Part shown: one piece after another, positions 1 through 9,011 of the stretch
How positions within the stretch are numbered: position 1 is the stretch's first letter
How the letters are laid out: every line of letters starts with the position of its first letter
DNA from: Thermodesulfobacteriota bacterium
GTDB lineage: Bacteria; Desulfobacterota; Dissulfuribacteria; Dissulfuribacterales; UBA3076
Length of the DNA: 31,784 bases
Reading direction: 5' to 3'
Assembly (NCBI GenBank): GCA_034658555.1
Contig: JAYEFH010000195.1
Span: 3,345 to 35,128 of the forward strand
Notes under the pieces: generated by a model
The model's input: the letters and a program-made list of their open reading frames with translations, nothing else
Database searches by the model: none
Told to the model about the DNA's origin: nothing
Position numbers and translations under genes: made by a program

Positions 1-128
1 TCCATCTGACTCTGCATGTGGTCAAAGCGCACCTCAAAATACCTGGAAGTGGGAATGATGTTGGCTACCAAAACATCCATGGTTCTTTTGTCCAGAGTCA
101 AACCTTCTTCGTTTTTTTCTTCAGACAT
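1..128 (-). CDS. Hypothetical protein, N-terminal 42 codons only (runs off the window edge)
   Basis: Hand translation from ATG at 128 gives MSEEKNEEGLTLDKRTMDVLVANIIPTSRYFEVRFDHMQSQM, open to position 1. GGGGAG RBS at 140-135, 6 nt upstream. Absent from the ORF track because it is truncated. Confidence 0.6.
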   Translation of the reverse strand, partial: MSEEKNEEGLTLDKRTMDVLVANIIPTSRYFEVRFDHMQSQM

Positions 129-156
129 ATAAATCTCCCCTTTAACCTTTTATATG

Positions 157-249
157 GTAGCCGTTCACGGATTGAAACTTGAAATTGGAAAAAACAGTGC
201 AAAAGCATGAAGAGCAAATTTCTAATTTCAATGTTCCGTGAATGCTTAC
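157..249. mobile_element. MITE-like element with 14-bp imperfect terminal inverted repeats and internal inverted heptamer arrays
   Basis: Left end GTAGCCGTTCACGG (157-170), right end CCGTGAATGCTTAC (236-249). Inside, ATTGAAACTTGAAATTGGAAA is mirrored by TTTCTAATTTCAAT. No coding capacity. Confidence 0.65.
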
Positions 250-508
250 AGATATTTGTCGTGGAACTCGGAGGCATCCGGGACACCGCATGGCACTGGA
301 TTCGTGCCAAAGTCGAGAACTGGATCAACCTTTGGCATTGGCGCTTACAACACTATTACCCCCGATTTTGGTGCAACCTTGTCCGCGGTTGAAACCCTGC
401 AAAAGCCTGTCGGCTGCCAGGGAGAATGAATGGTTACAAAATAACAAATATCATGAGTCTGTCTCTGATGCAATTTTTTTATTATATATCGAATTGAATG
501 CTGATATC

Positions 509-574
509 GAAACTGGAAATTTGAAATTAGGTAACCCATTTACATCTTTGTATTTTTCCCAATTTCAAATTTCA
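509..574. repeat. Inverted pair of short heptamer arrays
   Basis: GAAACTG-GAAATTT-GAAATTA (509-529) faces CCAATTT-CAAATTT-CA (559-574). Confidence 0.4.
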
Positions 575-653
575 TTGCCAAAACACAAGATCAACAAAGT
601 GTAAACTACTTTTGACCTGTCGTGAAGGATGCCAAAAATTCGCATCCAAAAGC

Positions 654-680
654 TCAAGTTTTTTAATAAAATGCCGCTAA
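654..680 (+). promoter_or_regulatory. Putative sigma28 (FliA) promoter for fliD-fliT-flaG
   Basis: TCAA(G)-N15-GCCGCTAA versus consensus TAAA-N15-GCCGATAA, upstream of fliD, a usual sigma28 target. Confidence 0.65.
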
Positions 681-771
681 CAATATTAAGAAAGAGTAGG
701 CAAAGCGGAAACCGCCGGGAGAAATAGGACTGCCTGGGGTTAAACCGCCCAAAATCAAAAGAGGAGTGATT

Positions 772-2187
772 ATGTCTATTTCAGTCAGCGGCCTTGTGTC
801 GGGTCTTGATGTGAACAATATTATCAGCGAGCTTAAGGCCGTGCAACAGAGGCCGATACTTCAACTGCAGCGACAGGAGGCCGATTATCAGGTAAAGTTG
901 ACTGCCTACGGTGCGTTGCGTGGCGCATTAGACAGCATGAAATCCGCTATAGGGAATCTGGATGATGCAAGTGATTTCACCAGTTTTTCAGCTACCTCGG
1001 GAGATACCGACCTTTTCACAGTATCCGCCGGTAAAAATGCCGTAACAGGTTCGTATGACATTACAGTGCAGAACCTCGCTAAAGTTCACAAACTTACGAG
1101 TGGGGGCTTCACGGAGACGGAAGCAGTGGGTGGGGGTACCATCCACATCAGGCTCGGCGATGCCGCGGCTACGGACATCTCTGTATCCGCCACGGATAAG
1201 ATCGAGGATGTGGCCCAGGCGATAAACGATGCGGATGCGGGCGTCAATGCCGCGGTTATCTTTAACGGCACAGAATACTATTTGACCCTGACCGGCGAGG
1301 AGACAGGGGTAGCAAACCTCATCAATTTAACGGTAACGGACGACGATCTAAACAACACGGATACAAACAACCTTTCCAGGCTGGTCTATGAGGCGGCGGG
1401 CACCACCAAGAACCTTATTAACACCCAGCCCGCAGAGGATTCCATGATTACCGTGGACGGTGTGTCCGACATCAGCAGGAACACAAACGTGATAGATGAT
1501 GTTATTAAAGGCGTAACCATTACTCTTGAATCAGCGCCCACCACTGACAACGAGGCTGTTCTGACGGTAAGCAGAGATACCTCTGAGATCGTTCCCAAAA
1601 TTGACTCTTTTGTCAGCGCATATAACAAGACGCTTGATTTATTTGATACCTATCAAAGCTATGATCAGGGCAACGAGACTGCGGGCGTTCTGATGGGCGA
1701 TGCCACCACAAACAGTATACGCAACAGTCTCGAAAACTTGACCACAGATACCATTCCGGGTGTTGAATCATTCAGCCGGTTGGCAGATCTTGGCATTGCC
1801 CTGAATAGCGAAGGGCGGCTGGAAGTCAATTCTTCAGCCCTTAATAGTGCAATTGATGACCATCTTGAAGATGTAGTTCAGTTCTTCGCTCAAACTGAGG
1901 AAGGCTCTGAGGGCTTTGCGGTCCGCATGTTTGATGGTCTGGAGGACATACTCGATTCCAGAGACGGCAGCCTTGCCGTGAGGAAAGACGGTATCCGGAA
2001 CAGTATAGATCACATTAATGACCAGATGGAGCGCGTAGAGATGCGTATTTCGGCATGGGAGTCGCGTACAATGGCCCAGTTTAATGCGATGGAAGTGCTG
2101 CTGAGCCAGTACCAGTCGACCGGCGATTATCTGAGCCAGCAGATCGTGGGTCTGCAAAATTTGAACAATTACGTGTCAAACAGGTAA
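772..2187 (+). CDS. fliD: Flagellar filament cap protein FliD
   Basis: N-terminus SISVSGLVSGLDVNNII, YDITVQNLAKVHKL, C-terminal coiled coil ending QFNAMEVLLSQYQSTGDYLSQQ. GAGGAG RBS at 761-766 favours ATG 772. Confidence 0.95.
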   Translation: MSISVSGLVSGLDVNNIISELKAVQQRPILQLQRQEADYQVKLTAYGALRGALDSMKSAIGNLDDASDFTSFSATSGDTDLFTVSAGKNAVTGSYDITVQNLAKVHKLTSGGFTETEAVGGGTIHIRLGDAAATDISVSATDKIEDVAQAINDADAGVNAAVIFNGTEYYLTLTGEETGVANLINLTVTDDDLNNTDTNNLSRLVYEAAGTTKNLINTQPAEDSMITVDGVSDISRNTNVIDDVIKGVTITLESAPTTDNEAVLTVSRDTSEIVPKIDSFVSAYNKTLDLFDTYQSYDQGNETAGVLMGDATTNSIRNSLENLTTDTIPGVESFSRLADLGIALNSEGRLEVNSSALNSAIDDHLEDVVQFFAQTEEGSEGFAVRMFDGLEDILDSRDGSLAVRKDGIRNSIDHINDQMERVEMRISAWESRTMAQFNAMEVLLSQYQSTGDYLSQQIVGLQNLNNYVSNR

Positions 2188-2195
2188 GAGATGGG

Positions 2196-2263
2196 GTAAC
2201 CGTTCAGAGGTTCAAGGTTCAGGGGTTCAGAGTTTCATGTCCACCAAAAATCTGAATCGTTGA
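2196..2263. repeat. MITE/REP-like element (GTAACCGTTCAG end plus GGTTCA(A/G) array, degenerate right end)
   Basis: GTAACCGTTCAG at 2196-2207, then aggttcaaggttcaggggttcagagtttc, then ctgaatcgttga as a degenerate inverted end. Confidence 0.5.
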
Positions 2264-2274
2264 TTCGTGAGTTC

Positions 2275-2312
2275 TTCCTGCCCACTCGCCAAGCTTGCGA
2301 GGCAGGCAGGAA
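2275..2312. repeat. REP-like nested hairpin related to CCTGCCTGCCGGCAGGCAGG
   Basis: Outer stem TTCCTGCC/GGCAGGAA, inner stem CTCGC/GCGAG. Related to the palindrome at 14711-14730. Confidence 0.55.
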
Positions 2313-2360
2313 TGGAGAAGGCATCAGAGGACAGTTAACGAAAACAAAAAGCAGGAAAAA

Positions 2361-2690
2361 ATGCAACTGCATGAATCGCTATTTAGGAAGCTTATTGATA
2401 TTACCTCAAGGGTTAAGACTGCCATTTACGATGGAGATGCTGAGGCCATTAAACTGCTTGCCAGGGAGCATAACTGCGTAATGGATAAGCTGAACAGGGC
2501 AGGCTTCAGTAAAGATACGGATCTGTTTGATCTGGTAAGAGAGGCAAATAATCAAGTTGGTGGGATTATTGGCGAGATCAGGAAAAGGCGGGATGAGATA
2601 AGCCGGGGATTAAGGACCTGTGTTGAGAGAAAGAAAATGGCCGGTGCCTATGCCAAAAACGCCGGGCCTGCAAGATTTCTCCATCACTAG
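2361..2690 (+). CDS. Small helical protein, probable FliT-like cap chaperone
   Basis: 109 aa, amphipathic helical, ends KKMAGAY. Directly downstream of fliD. GCAGGA RBS before ATG 2361. Family call rests on position and size. Confidence 0.5.
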   Translation: MQLHESLFRKLIDITSRVKTAIYDGDAEAIKLLAREHNCVMDKLNRAGFSKDTDLFDLVREANNQVGGIIGEIRKRRDEISRGLRTCVERKKMAGAYAKNAGPARFLHH

Positions 2691-2717
2691 GTACAAATAA
2701 ATCAAAAAGGAGTTAAA

Positions 2718-3071
2718 GTGATAATGGAAGCTGTACAAAATATTAGTAGCTTTAATCCTGCGAAAAATAGAGCAAGTCCTGCCAGAGTCGGGGCGGAAAA
2801 AACCGTGCCCCGGCAGAACGAGTCAATACCAAAGGACACACGTGAGACGGAGGTTTCGCCATCCCTGTTGGACCAAGTGCAGGAAAACATAAGCGCAAGG
2901 CATAATATAAATCTTCAGTTTTCAGTGCACGAGGCAACAGGCCGGACCATAGTAAAGGTAACGGACCAAGAGAGCGGAAAACTCATTAGAGAGATTCCTC
3001 CGAAGCAAGTCCTGGATCTGGCTGACAGACTTGAGGAAATGATAGGTCTGTTTTTTGACAAAAAGGTCTAA
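2718..3071 (+). CDS. flaG: Flagellar protein FlaG
   Basis: C-terminal FlaG signature NLQFSVHEATGRTIVKVTDQESGKLIREIPPKQVLDLA...GLFFDKKV. AGGAG RBS. Confidence 0.92.
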   Translation: MIMEAVQNISSFNPAKNRASPARVGAEKTVPRQNESIPKDTRETEVSPSLLDQVQENISARHNINLQFSVHEATGRTIVKVTDQESGKLIREIPPKQVLDLADRLEEMIGLFFDKKV

Positions 3072-3079
3072 AGAGTTGG

Positions 3080-3147
3080 ACCCTGTAAACGCTTACAGTC
3101 CGGTGGATTGCGGTAAAACGGCCGTTGTAATCCCGTGAACGGTTACG
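3080..3147 (+). repeat. Interspersed ~68-bp repeat, copy 1
   Basis: 64/68 identical to 14790-14857. Shorter copy at 24479-24535. Ends CCCGTGAACGGTTAC. Confidence 0.9.
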
Positions 3148-3156
3148 TATATAGTC

Positions 3157-3215
3157 TCTGAACGAAAAAACCGTTCAGACACAATTTTGAATGCTAAATT
3201 TTGAATGTTGAATTT
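3157..3215. repeat. TCTGAACG/CGTTCAGA hairpin with TTTTGAA-type heptamer tail; possible bidirectional terminator between flaG and cheX
   Basis: 8-bp stem at 3157-3164/3172-3179. The block is an inverted copy of 7579-7632 and lies between convergent genes. Confidence 0.65.
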
Positions 3216-3267
3216 AAAATCGGCCCAATAATATCAGATACTTAACTATAAGGATAACCCCTTATCA

Positions 3268-3735
3268 TTATTTTTTCTCACCCATACAGACATCAACAAA
3301 AAAGGGACCTTGTTCTGTTTCAAAAGGTATAATAATACTTGGGCCACCCATGACATGGGAAACCGAGTGACCCTTACCTGCGACTACAGTGGGGATTGCA
3401 GCCGAAAGACTCAAGCCGATCGGTTCAAGGTTCTTTCTGGCCGCACCCGAGACCATATTTGTGAGTTCACCAACGGCATCTTTGATGTCATCATTGATCT
3501 CTTTGCTCTCTTCACCCAACATATTTGATACAATCTTCAATATGCATTTTTCGGAAAAACTCAGAGCCATTGAACCGGTTGCCGCCCCTGTGAAGCCTAT
3601 TATTCCGGAAACATCGCCCTTGGCCAGATCATCCTTTTTGAGATAGGGTTTACCCGGTCTCGATTCAACAAAAGCCATGGTTTTTAAAACATCTATCGTC
3701 GCTTCTAAAAAAGGATTGATAAATCTGACATCCAT
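3268..3735 (-). CDS. cheX: CheY-P phosphatase CheX
   Basis: MDVRFINPFL start, GDVSGIIGFTG, and DAVGELTNMVSG with the E-x2-N catalytic motif. AGGAG RBS 8 nt before ATG 3735. Confidence 0.92.
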   Translation of the reverse strand: MDVRFINPFLEATIDVLKTMAFVESRPGKPYLKKDDLAKGDVSGIIGFTGAATGSMALSFSEKCILKIVSNMLGEESKEINDDIKDAVGELTNMVSGAARKNLEPIGLSLSAAIPTVVAGKGHSVSHVMGGPSIIIPFETEQGPFFVDVCMGEKK

Positions 3736-3763
3736 GTTCTGCACTCCTTCTAAACAACCTAAT

Positions 3764-4150
3764 TTACAATTTTTCTACAATTTTCCCAATTTTTTCATTC
3801 AGGACCTCGGCAGTAAAAGGCTTTACAATATAGTTACTGACACCTGCCTTGACCGCCTCCATAACGTTTTCCTTGAGGGACTCTGCCGTAACCATTAGAA
3901 ATGGCAAACTGCTTAAATTACTATCCGTCCTTACAGCCCTCAAAAGATCAATGCCGGTCATATTGGGCATATTCCAGTCGGAGATGACAAAATCTATCTT
4001 TTGCGATTTCAATACCTTTAGAGCAGAGGTACCATCTTCGGCTTCGGTGAAATCTTGATATCCAATCTGTCTCAAAAGGTTTTTAATGACCTTTCTCATC
4101 GTGCCAAAATCATCAACTATCAATATTTTCATATTCTTATCAAGATCCAT
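3764..4150 (-). CDS. cheY: Chemotaxis response regulator CheY
   Basis: Single receiver domain: KILIVDDFGTMRK, ISDWNMPNMTG, MVTAE, YIVKPFT. Confidence 0.95.
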   Translation of the reverse strand: MDLDKNMKILIVDDFGTMRKVIKNLLRQIGYQDFTEAEDGTSALKVLKSQKIDFVISDWNMPNMTGIDLLRAVRTDSNLSSLPFLMVTAESLKENVMEAVKAGVSNYIVKPFTAEVLNEKIGKIVEKL

Positions 4151-4227
4151 AGCAATTACCTGCATCCTTCATAATAAACCAAAAATAGTTTACCCTTCTA
4201 AGGGTAATATACCTCAAAAAATATGAC

Positions 4228-6417
4228 CTACACCTCACTCAATTCAAACAGACCTTCCGCGTCCAATATCAATCCTACATTACCATCTCCCAGGATAGCG
4301 CCGCTGGAGATCCCGGGGATATCTTTCAAACTTTCACCGAGGCTCTTGATCACTACTTCCTCTTCACCAACAATCTCATCCACCATGATGCACTTAGACC
4401 TGTCTTTACCCTCAACCACTGCTACTATGGCTTCCCATGGATTTTCATGATCACACTTTATCCCGAAAAATTCATGTAATCTTACCAATGGCATAAGGTC
4501 GCCCATTACATTTATCATTTCACCCTTGCCAACCACATTGTTGTAAAATTCTTGTAAGGGGCGCAACAGTTGTCTGATAGCGCCGGTAGGGATGATATAT
4601 TTTTCTTTACCCACCCTCACAGTTATACCGTCAATAATGGCCATTGTAAGTGGGAAAAACGTCATTATACTGGTTCCCTTACCACAAACACTGTTGATTT
4701 CTATCTTCCCACACAATTTTTCCACTGCCTGCTTTACCACATCCATCCCGACTCCCCTGCCCGAGACATCCGTTACCTCCTTGGCAGTGGAAAGACCAGG
4801 ATGAAAAATCAATTTGTAGATATCCTGATCTGAAAGGCCTTGCGAACTATTAATAACTCCATTTTGAATGGCCTTTTTCAGTATCTTATCCTTATCCAGC
4901 CCCTTTCCGTCATCAGATATCTCGATTACAACACTGCCGCCTCTATGGTAGGCTTTGAGTTGAACCAGACCTTTCTCGGGTTTATCTGATGCTATCCGTT
5001 CCTCCCCGGACTCTATGCCATGATCCACTGCATTCCGTATCATATGCACAAGGGGGTTATATATCTCGTCCACCATATTCTTGTCTATGTCCGTATCCTC
5101 GCCCTCCAGAACTACGCCGATTGATTTCCCGACCCCTTTAGAGAGATCTCTTACCAGACGGGACATCCTCTGAAAGGTCTGTTTGATCGGTACCATCCTC
5201 AAGCTGGTGGACGTCCTTTGAAGCTCTGATGTAATACCGGATAGTTGGGAGATGTCCTTAGCCAACTTCTGGTCCACATTCGATTGAATAATAGGATTTT
5301 GCCTGATCATCGACTGGGTAATCACCAGTTCACCGACCATATCAATAAGATCGTCCAGCTTTTTCACATTTACCCTTATTGTAGCGGTATCCATGGCCTG
5401 TTTTGTCTGTTTTCTCAGGGCGTTCGATACCTGTTTCGGGGTGACCTTACCTTCAGCTATCAAGGTCTCCCCTATTTTTTTCTGAGGGTCTGCCTGCGCA
5501 ACTTCCAGGCTTTTTCCCACGGATTCCTGCGTTATGGCGCCATCTTCAACCAGCATCTCTCCCAGTAGTTCCCCTGTCTTCTCCATATTAGGGGTCCCGG
5601 GTTCATCAATAGCCTTTATCCGTTTCCTTAAGGCGGGAATATCTATCTCAAGTGGTCCTGGTGTCCCGCCTTCCATGTCGTCTTGTAACCTGATTATCAT
5701 TGCCTTTAGGGCATCGGCTCCATCCAGGACTACATCTATAATATGGGAGGTCACGGATATTTCGTCATTTCTTGCCTTGTCCAGAAGGGTCTCCAGGTCA
5801 TGGGCAACGTCGCGGACCTGTTCCAGATTGAGAAAGGCAGCTACCCCCTTGATAGAATGAAACGGCCTGAAGATGGCATTGATATGATCTTTGTTCTCAG
5901 GCTCCTGTTCCAGATTCAATGTATTTACTTCGATCTCATTGATATATTCCAGGCTCTCAATAATAAAATCCCTCAACAAGGACTCGTCCTGCACCTCGCC
6001 CTTTTCTGATGGTTGTGATTCCTCCTGAGATGCCTCGGTCTCAGGTGCGTCTTTTGTTATTTGATCCCCTGTAAGTGCGGCAAGCGACTCCATAAAACCA
6101 TTGATATCACCTTCATAACCGCCGGTATTCCTGAAAGTGTCAGCAATCTCCTGCATCAGTGGGATGCCCTTTTCAAGGATATTAAACCCCGCCGCTTTAT
6201 CCTCTATACTATCAAGGACGATTTTCTCCAGAAGACTGCTCAATCCACCTGCCATTTTTTTCAACTGACCTATCTCCAAGGCATCTGCTTCCTTTATTAA
6301 GTTATCCAGATTATTAAGGAGTTTGCCCGCAGTCGGTATATCAATTTCCCCGGTCTCCAGTAACAAAAATTCAGAGGCCATGCCGTCAATCAAATTCATC
6401 AAAGAATCATATTCCAT
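4228..6417 (-). CDS. cheA: Chemotaxis histidine kinase CheA
   Basis: Hpt FRPFHSIKG, dimerisation LDDLIDMVGELVI, HATPase_c HMIRNAVDHGIE / SDDGKGLD / GRGVGMDVV, C-terminal CheW-like domain. Confidence 0.96.
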   Translation of the reverse strand: MEYDSLMNLIDGMASEFLLLETGEIDIPTAGKLLNNLDNLIKEADALEIGQLKKMAGGLSSLLEKIVLDSIEDKAAGFNILEKGIPLMQEIADTFRNTGGYEGDINGFMESLAALTGDQITKDAPETEASQEESQPSEKGEVQDESLLRDFIIESLEYINEIEVNTLNLEQEPENKDHINAIFRPFHSIKGVAAFLNLEQVRDVAHDLETLLDKARNDEISVTSHIIDVVLDGADALKAMIIRLQDDMEGGTPGPLEIDIPALRKRIKAIDEPGTPNMEKTGELLGEMLVEDGAITQESVGKSLEVAQADPQKKIGETLIAEGKVTPKQVSNALRKQTKQAMDTATIRVNVKKLDDLIDMVGELVITQSMIRQNPIIQSNVDQKLAKDISQLSGITSELQRTSTSLRMVPIKQTFQRMSRLVRDLSKGVGKSIGVVLEGEDTDIDKNMVDEIYNPLVHMIRNAVDHGIESGEERIASDKPEKGLVQLKAYHRGGSVVIEISDDGKGLDKDKILKKAIQNGVINSSQGLSDQDIYKLIFHPGLSTAKEVTDVSGRGVGMDVVKQAVEKLCGKIEINSVCGKGTSIMTFFPLTMAIIDGITVRVGKEKYIIPTGAIRQLLRPLQEFYNNVVGKGEMINVMGDLMPLVRLHEFFGIKCDHENPWEAIVAVVEGKDRSKCIMVDEIVGEEEVVIKSLGESLKDIPGISSGAILGDGNVGLILDAEGLFELSEV

Positions 6418-6420
6418 AAT

Positions 6421-7470
<1,050 letters not shown>

Positions 7471-7471
7471 C

Positions 7472-7558
7472 TAAGCGTTTAGCTGTTAGCGTTTAGCTTT
7501 GAAAAATCAAGATATTACGTTAAACTACCAGCTAATCGCTAAATGCTAATCGCTCAAT
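7472..7558. repeat. Inverted heptamer arrays (TTAGCGT/TTAGCTG facing GCTAATC/GCTAAAT)
   Basis: Four units at 7472-7499 and four complementary units at 7531-7558 around a ~30-bp spacer. Confidence 0.75.
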
Positions 7559-7578
7559 TTAAGTTACTTCCTTTTTGA

Positions 7579-7632
7579 AATTCAAAATTTAGAATTCAAA
7601 ATTGTGTCTGAACGGCCTCTTCGTTCAGACAC
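7579..7632. repeat. GTGTCTGAACG/CGTTCAGACAC hairpin with TTCAAAA-type heptamers
   Basis: Perfect 11-bp stem at 7604-7614/7622-7632. Inverted copy at 3157-3215 and related copy at 13383-13416. Abuts the cheD stop codon. Confidence 0.8.
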
Positions 7633-8141
7633 TATGTATTTATATAGGGATACCAGTCACCATGGCGGAGCTTTACTGTCTTGTAAACGACGGCCTCATT
7701 ACTGAAGGTGTTGTAGACAAGCTTTCGACCAACGGCACCGCCCACATCTTCCGAGACGATCTTGACATTGAATCTCTCTAAAACCAACCTGGCAATCCCG
7801 ATATTTTCCTCTGCTATCTCCATGCATTTAACAGATTGTAATGATGCTCCTCCAAATATTTGGGCCCTGATTGATTTTTTATCCGCAGCCTCCTCCTCCA
7901 GAAACATCTTTATGAGGTAACTGACTGCCGCATCACCGTACCGGGCAGTCGCCCCCCTTTTTTTATCAATAGTAGTTGGATATAAGTAATGCACCATGCC
8001 GCCATAATTTTTCTTGGATTCCCATAGAGATACCGCCACGCACGACCCCAGGACAGTAGATATGATGGAAGATCCTCTGCTCAAGAATATGTATCCGGGC
8101 CTGAGATAATACTTGTATGTCTGAATATTTTCTTTTTTCAC
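7632..8141 (-). CDS. cheD: Chemoreceptor glutamine deamidase CheD (second paralog)
   Basis: STVLGSCVAVSLW, GGMVHYLYP, AQIFGGA, EDVGGAVGRKL. GTG start with no clear RBS. Confidence 0.88.
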   Translation of the reverse strand: MKKENIQTYKYYLRPGYIFLSRGSSIISTVLGSCVAVSLWESKKNYGGMVHYLYPTTIDKKRGATARYGDAAVSYLIKMFLEEEAADKKSIRAQIFGGASLQSVKCMEIAEENIGIARLVLERFNVKIVSEDVGGAVGRKLVYNTFSNEAVVYKTVKLRHGDWYPYINT

Positions 8142-8158
8142 AATCGAGACATACGAGG

Positions 8159-8605
8159 CTAAAGCCTCACTATCACCCCGATTTTCCCATTATCAGAGTC
8201 AAAATCCATCCTGCAGATATCTTCCCCCGATTCAAGGCCTTCGGGTCGGCCCTCTTTAAAATTCGGCGTGAACAGATTAAATGCCTCTGTACTATCAATT
8301 TTGCTCAGGAAATTTCCGCAGGCCATATTGACTGCTTCCTTTGAGCAGTCTTCCATATCCTGCCCGGTAATCTCATTTTCCTCCAGCCCCAGCATGTTTT
8401 GAACCATGGCCCTCGCTATATTCCCGGAAAGCAAGATCCTGACATCGCCGCTCATGGTACCCTCAAAACTTATGGCAGCCTCCATATCATAGTCATCATA
8501 CCCGACATACAGAGGCTCCAGAAAAATATAAAACATCTTCTCAAAAACCTCAAAAATCGAAGGTATCATCGTTTCCCTTATCTGCTTCATATTCTCCTTC
8601 ATCAT
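8159..8605 (-). CDS. CheX/CheC-family phosphatase-like protein
   Basis: AISFEGTMSG, MVQNMLG and DCSKEAVNMACGN (E-x2-N). Start uncertain (8605, 8602 or 8590). Confidence 0.72.
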   Translation of the reverse strand: MMKENMKQIRETMIPSIFEVFEKMFYIFLEPLYVGYDDYDMEAAISFEGTMSGDVRILLSGNIARAMVQNMLGLEENEITGQDMEDCSKEAVNMACGNFLSKIDSTEAFNLFTPNFKEGRPEGLESGEDICRMDFDSDNGKIGVIVRL

Positions 8606-8981
8606 TTACCCCTATGACATCGTAAAGGACTTTTTTTATCTCTTCAGGTAAAAAAGGCTTTTTTATGAAGTCCCTTGCTCCCAGATCAAAAATACCCTGA
8701 ATACGTTTTTCACTGCCTTCCGTACTTATTACTATAGTGGGAATTGCCTTAAAAAGGCTGTCCTTCTTCAGCTCCCCTAAAAGCTCTAACCCATTCATCT
8801 CAGGCATATTTATATCCAATATAATTACATCCACCCAACCCTTTGCCAACACATCCAGCGCCTCTTTCCCGTTGCCGGCCTCAAGACACTGATCCATCTT
8901 AAAACCTGACAGTGAAATGCTCTTCTTTATAACGGCGCGCATTGATCTTGAGTCATCCACAATCAGTACATTGAAAGACAT
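8550..8981 (-). CDS. Single-domain CheY-like response regulator with acidic C-terminal tail
   Basis: VLIVDDSRSMR, IILDINMPEMNG, VISTEG, FIKKPF. GGAG RBS. Confidence 0.9.
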   Translation of the reverse strand: MSFNVLIVDDSRSMRAVIKKSISLSGFKMDQCLEAGNGKEALDVLAKGWVDVIILDINMPEMNGLELLGELKKDSLFKAIPTIVISTEGSEKRIQGIFDLGARDFIKKPFLPEEIKKVLYDVIGVNDEGEYEADKGNDDTFDF

Positions 8982-8993
8982 AGTAACTCCTTA

Positions 8994-9011
8994 GTAACCG
9001 TTCAGGGTTAC
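8994..9011. repeat. Minimal 18-bp member or footprint of the GTAACCGTTCAG element family
   Basis: GTAACC-GTTCAG-GGTTAC. Its right end contains the TAA stop of the HDOD gene (9008-9010, minus). Confidence 0.6.

Noticed and set aside
98-604. Five short ORFs (98-328, 207-392, 238-429, 242-604, 345-539)
   Set aside because: They overlap repeat elements and each other, and have no RBS or recognisable motif.
696-750. c-di-GMP-I (GEMM) riboswitch call
   Set aside because: Lacks the GACGCAAA junction and a recognisable second stem. Kept only as a structured-leader finding.
2260-2481. 73-aa ORF and the longer 2295 start of the fliT-like gene
   Set aside because: Both begin inside the repeat/palindrome region. 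ATG 2361 has the better RBS.
8138-8152. Four-codon minigene ATG TCT CGA TTG TGA overlapping the cheD GTG
   Set aside because: It could couple translation, but such short frames arise readily by chance and it has no SD.
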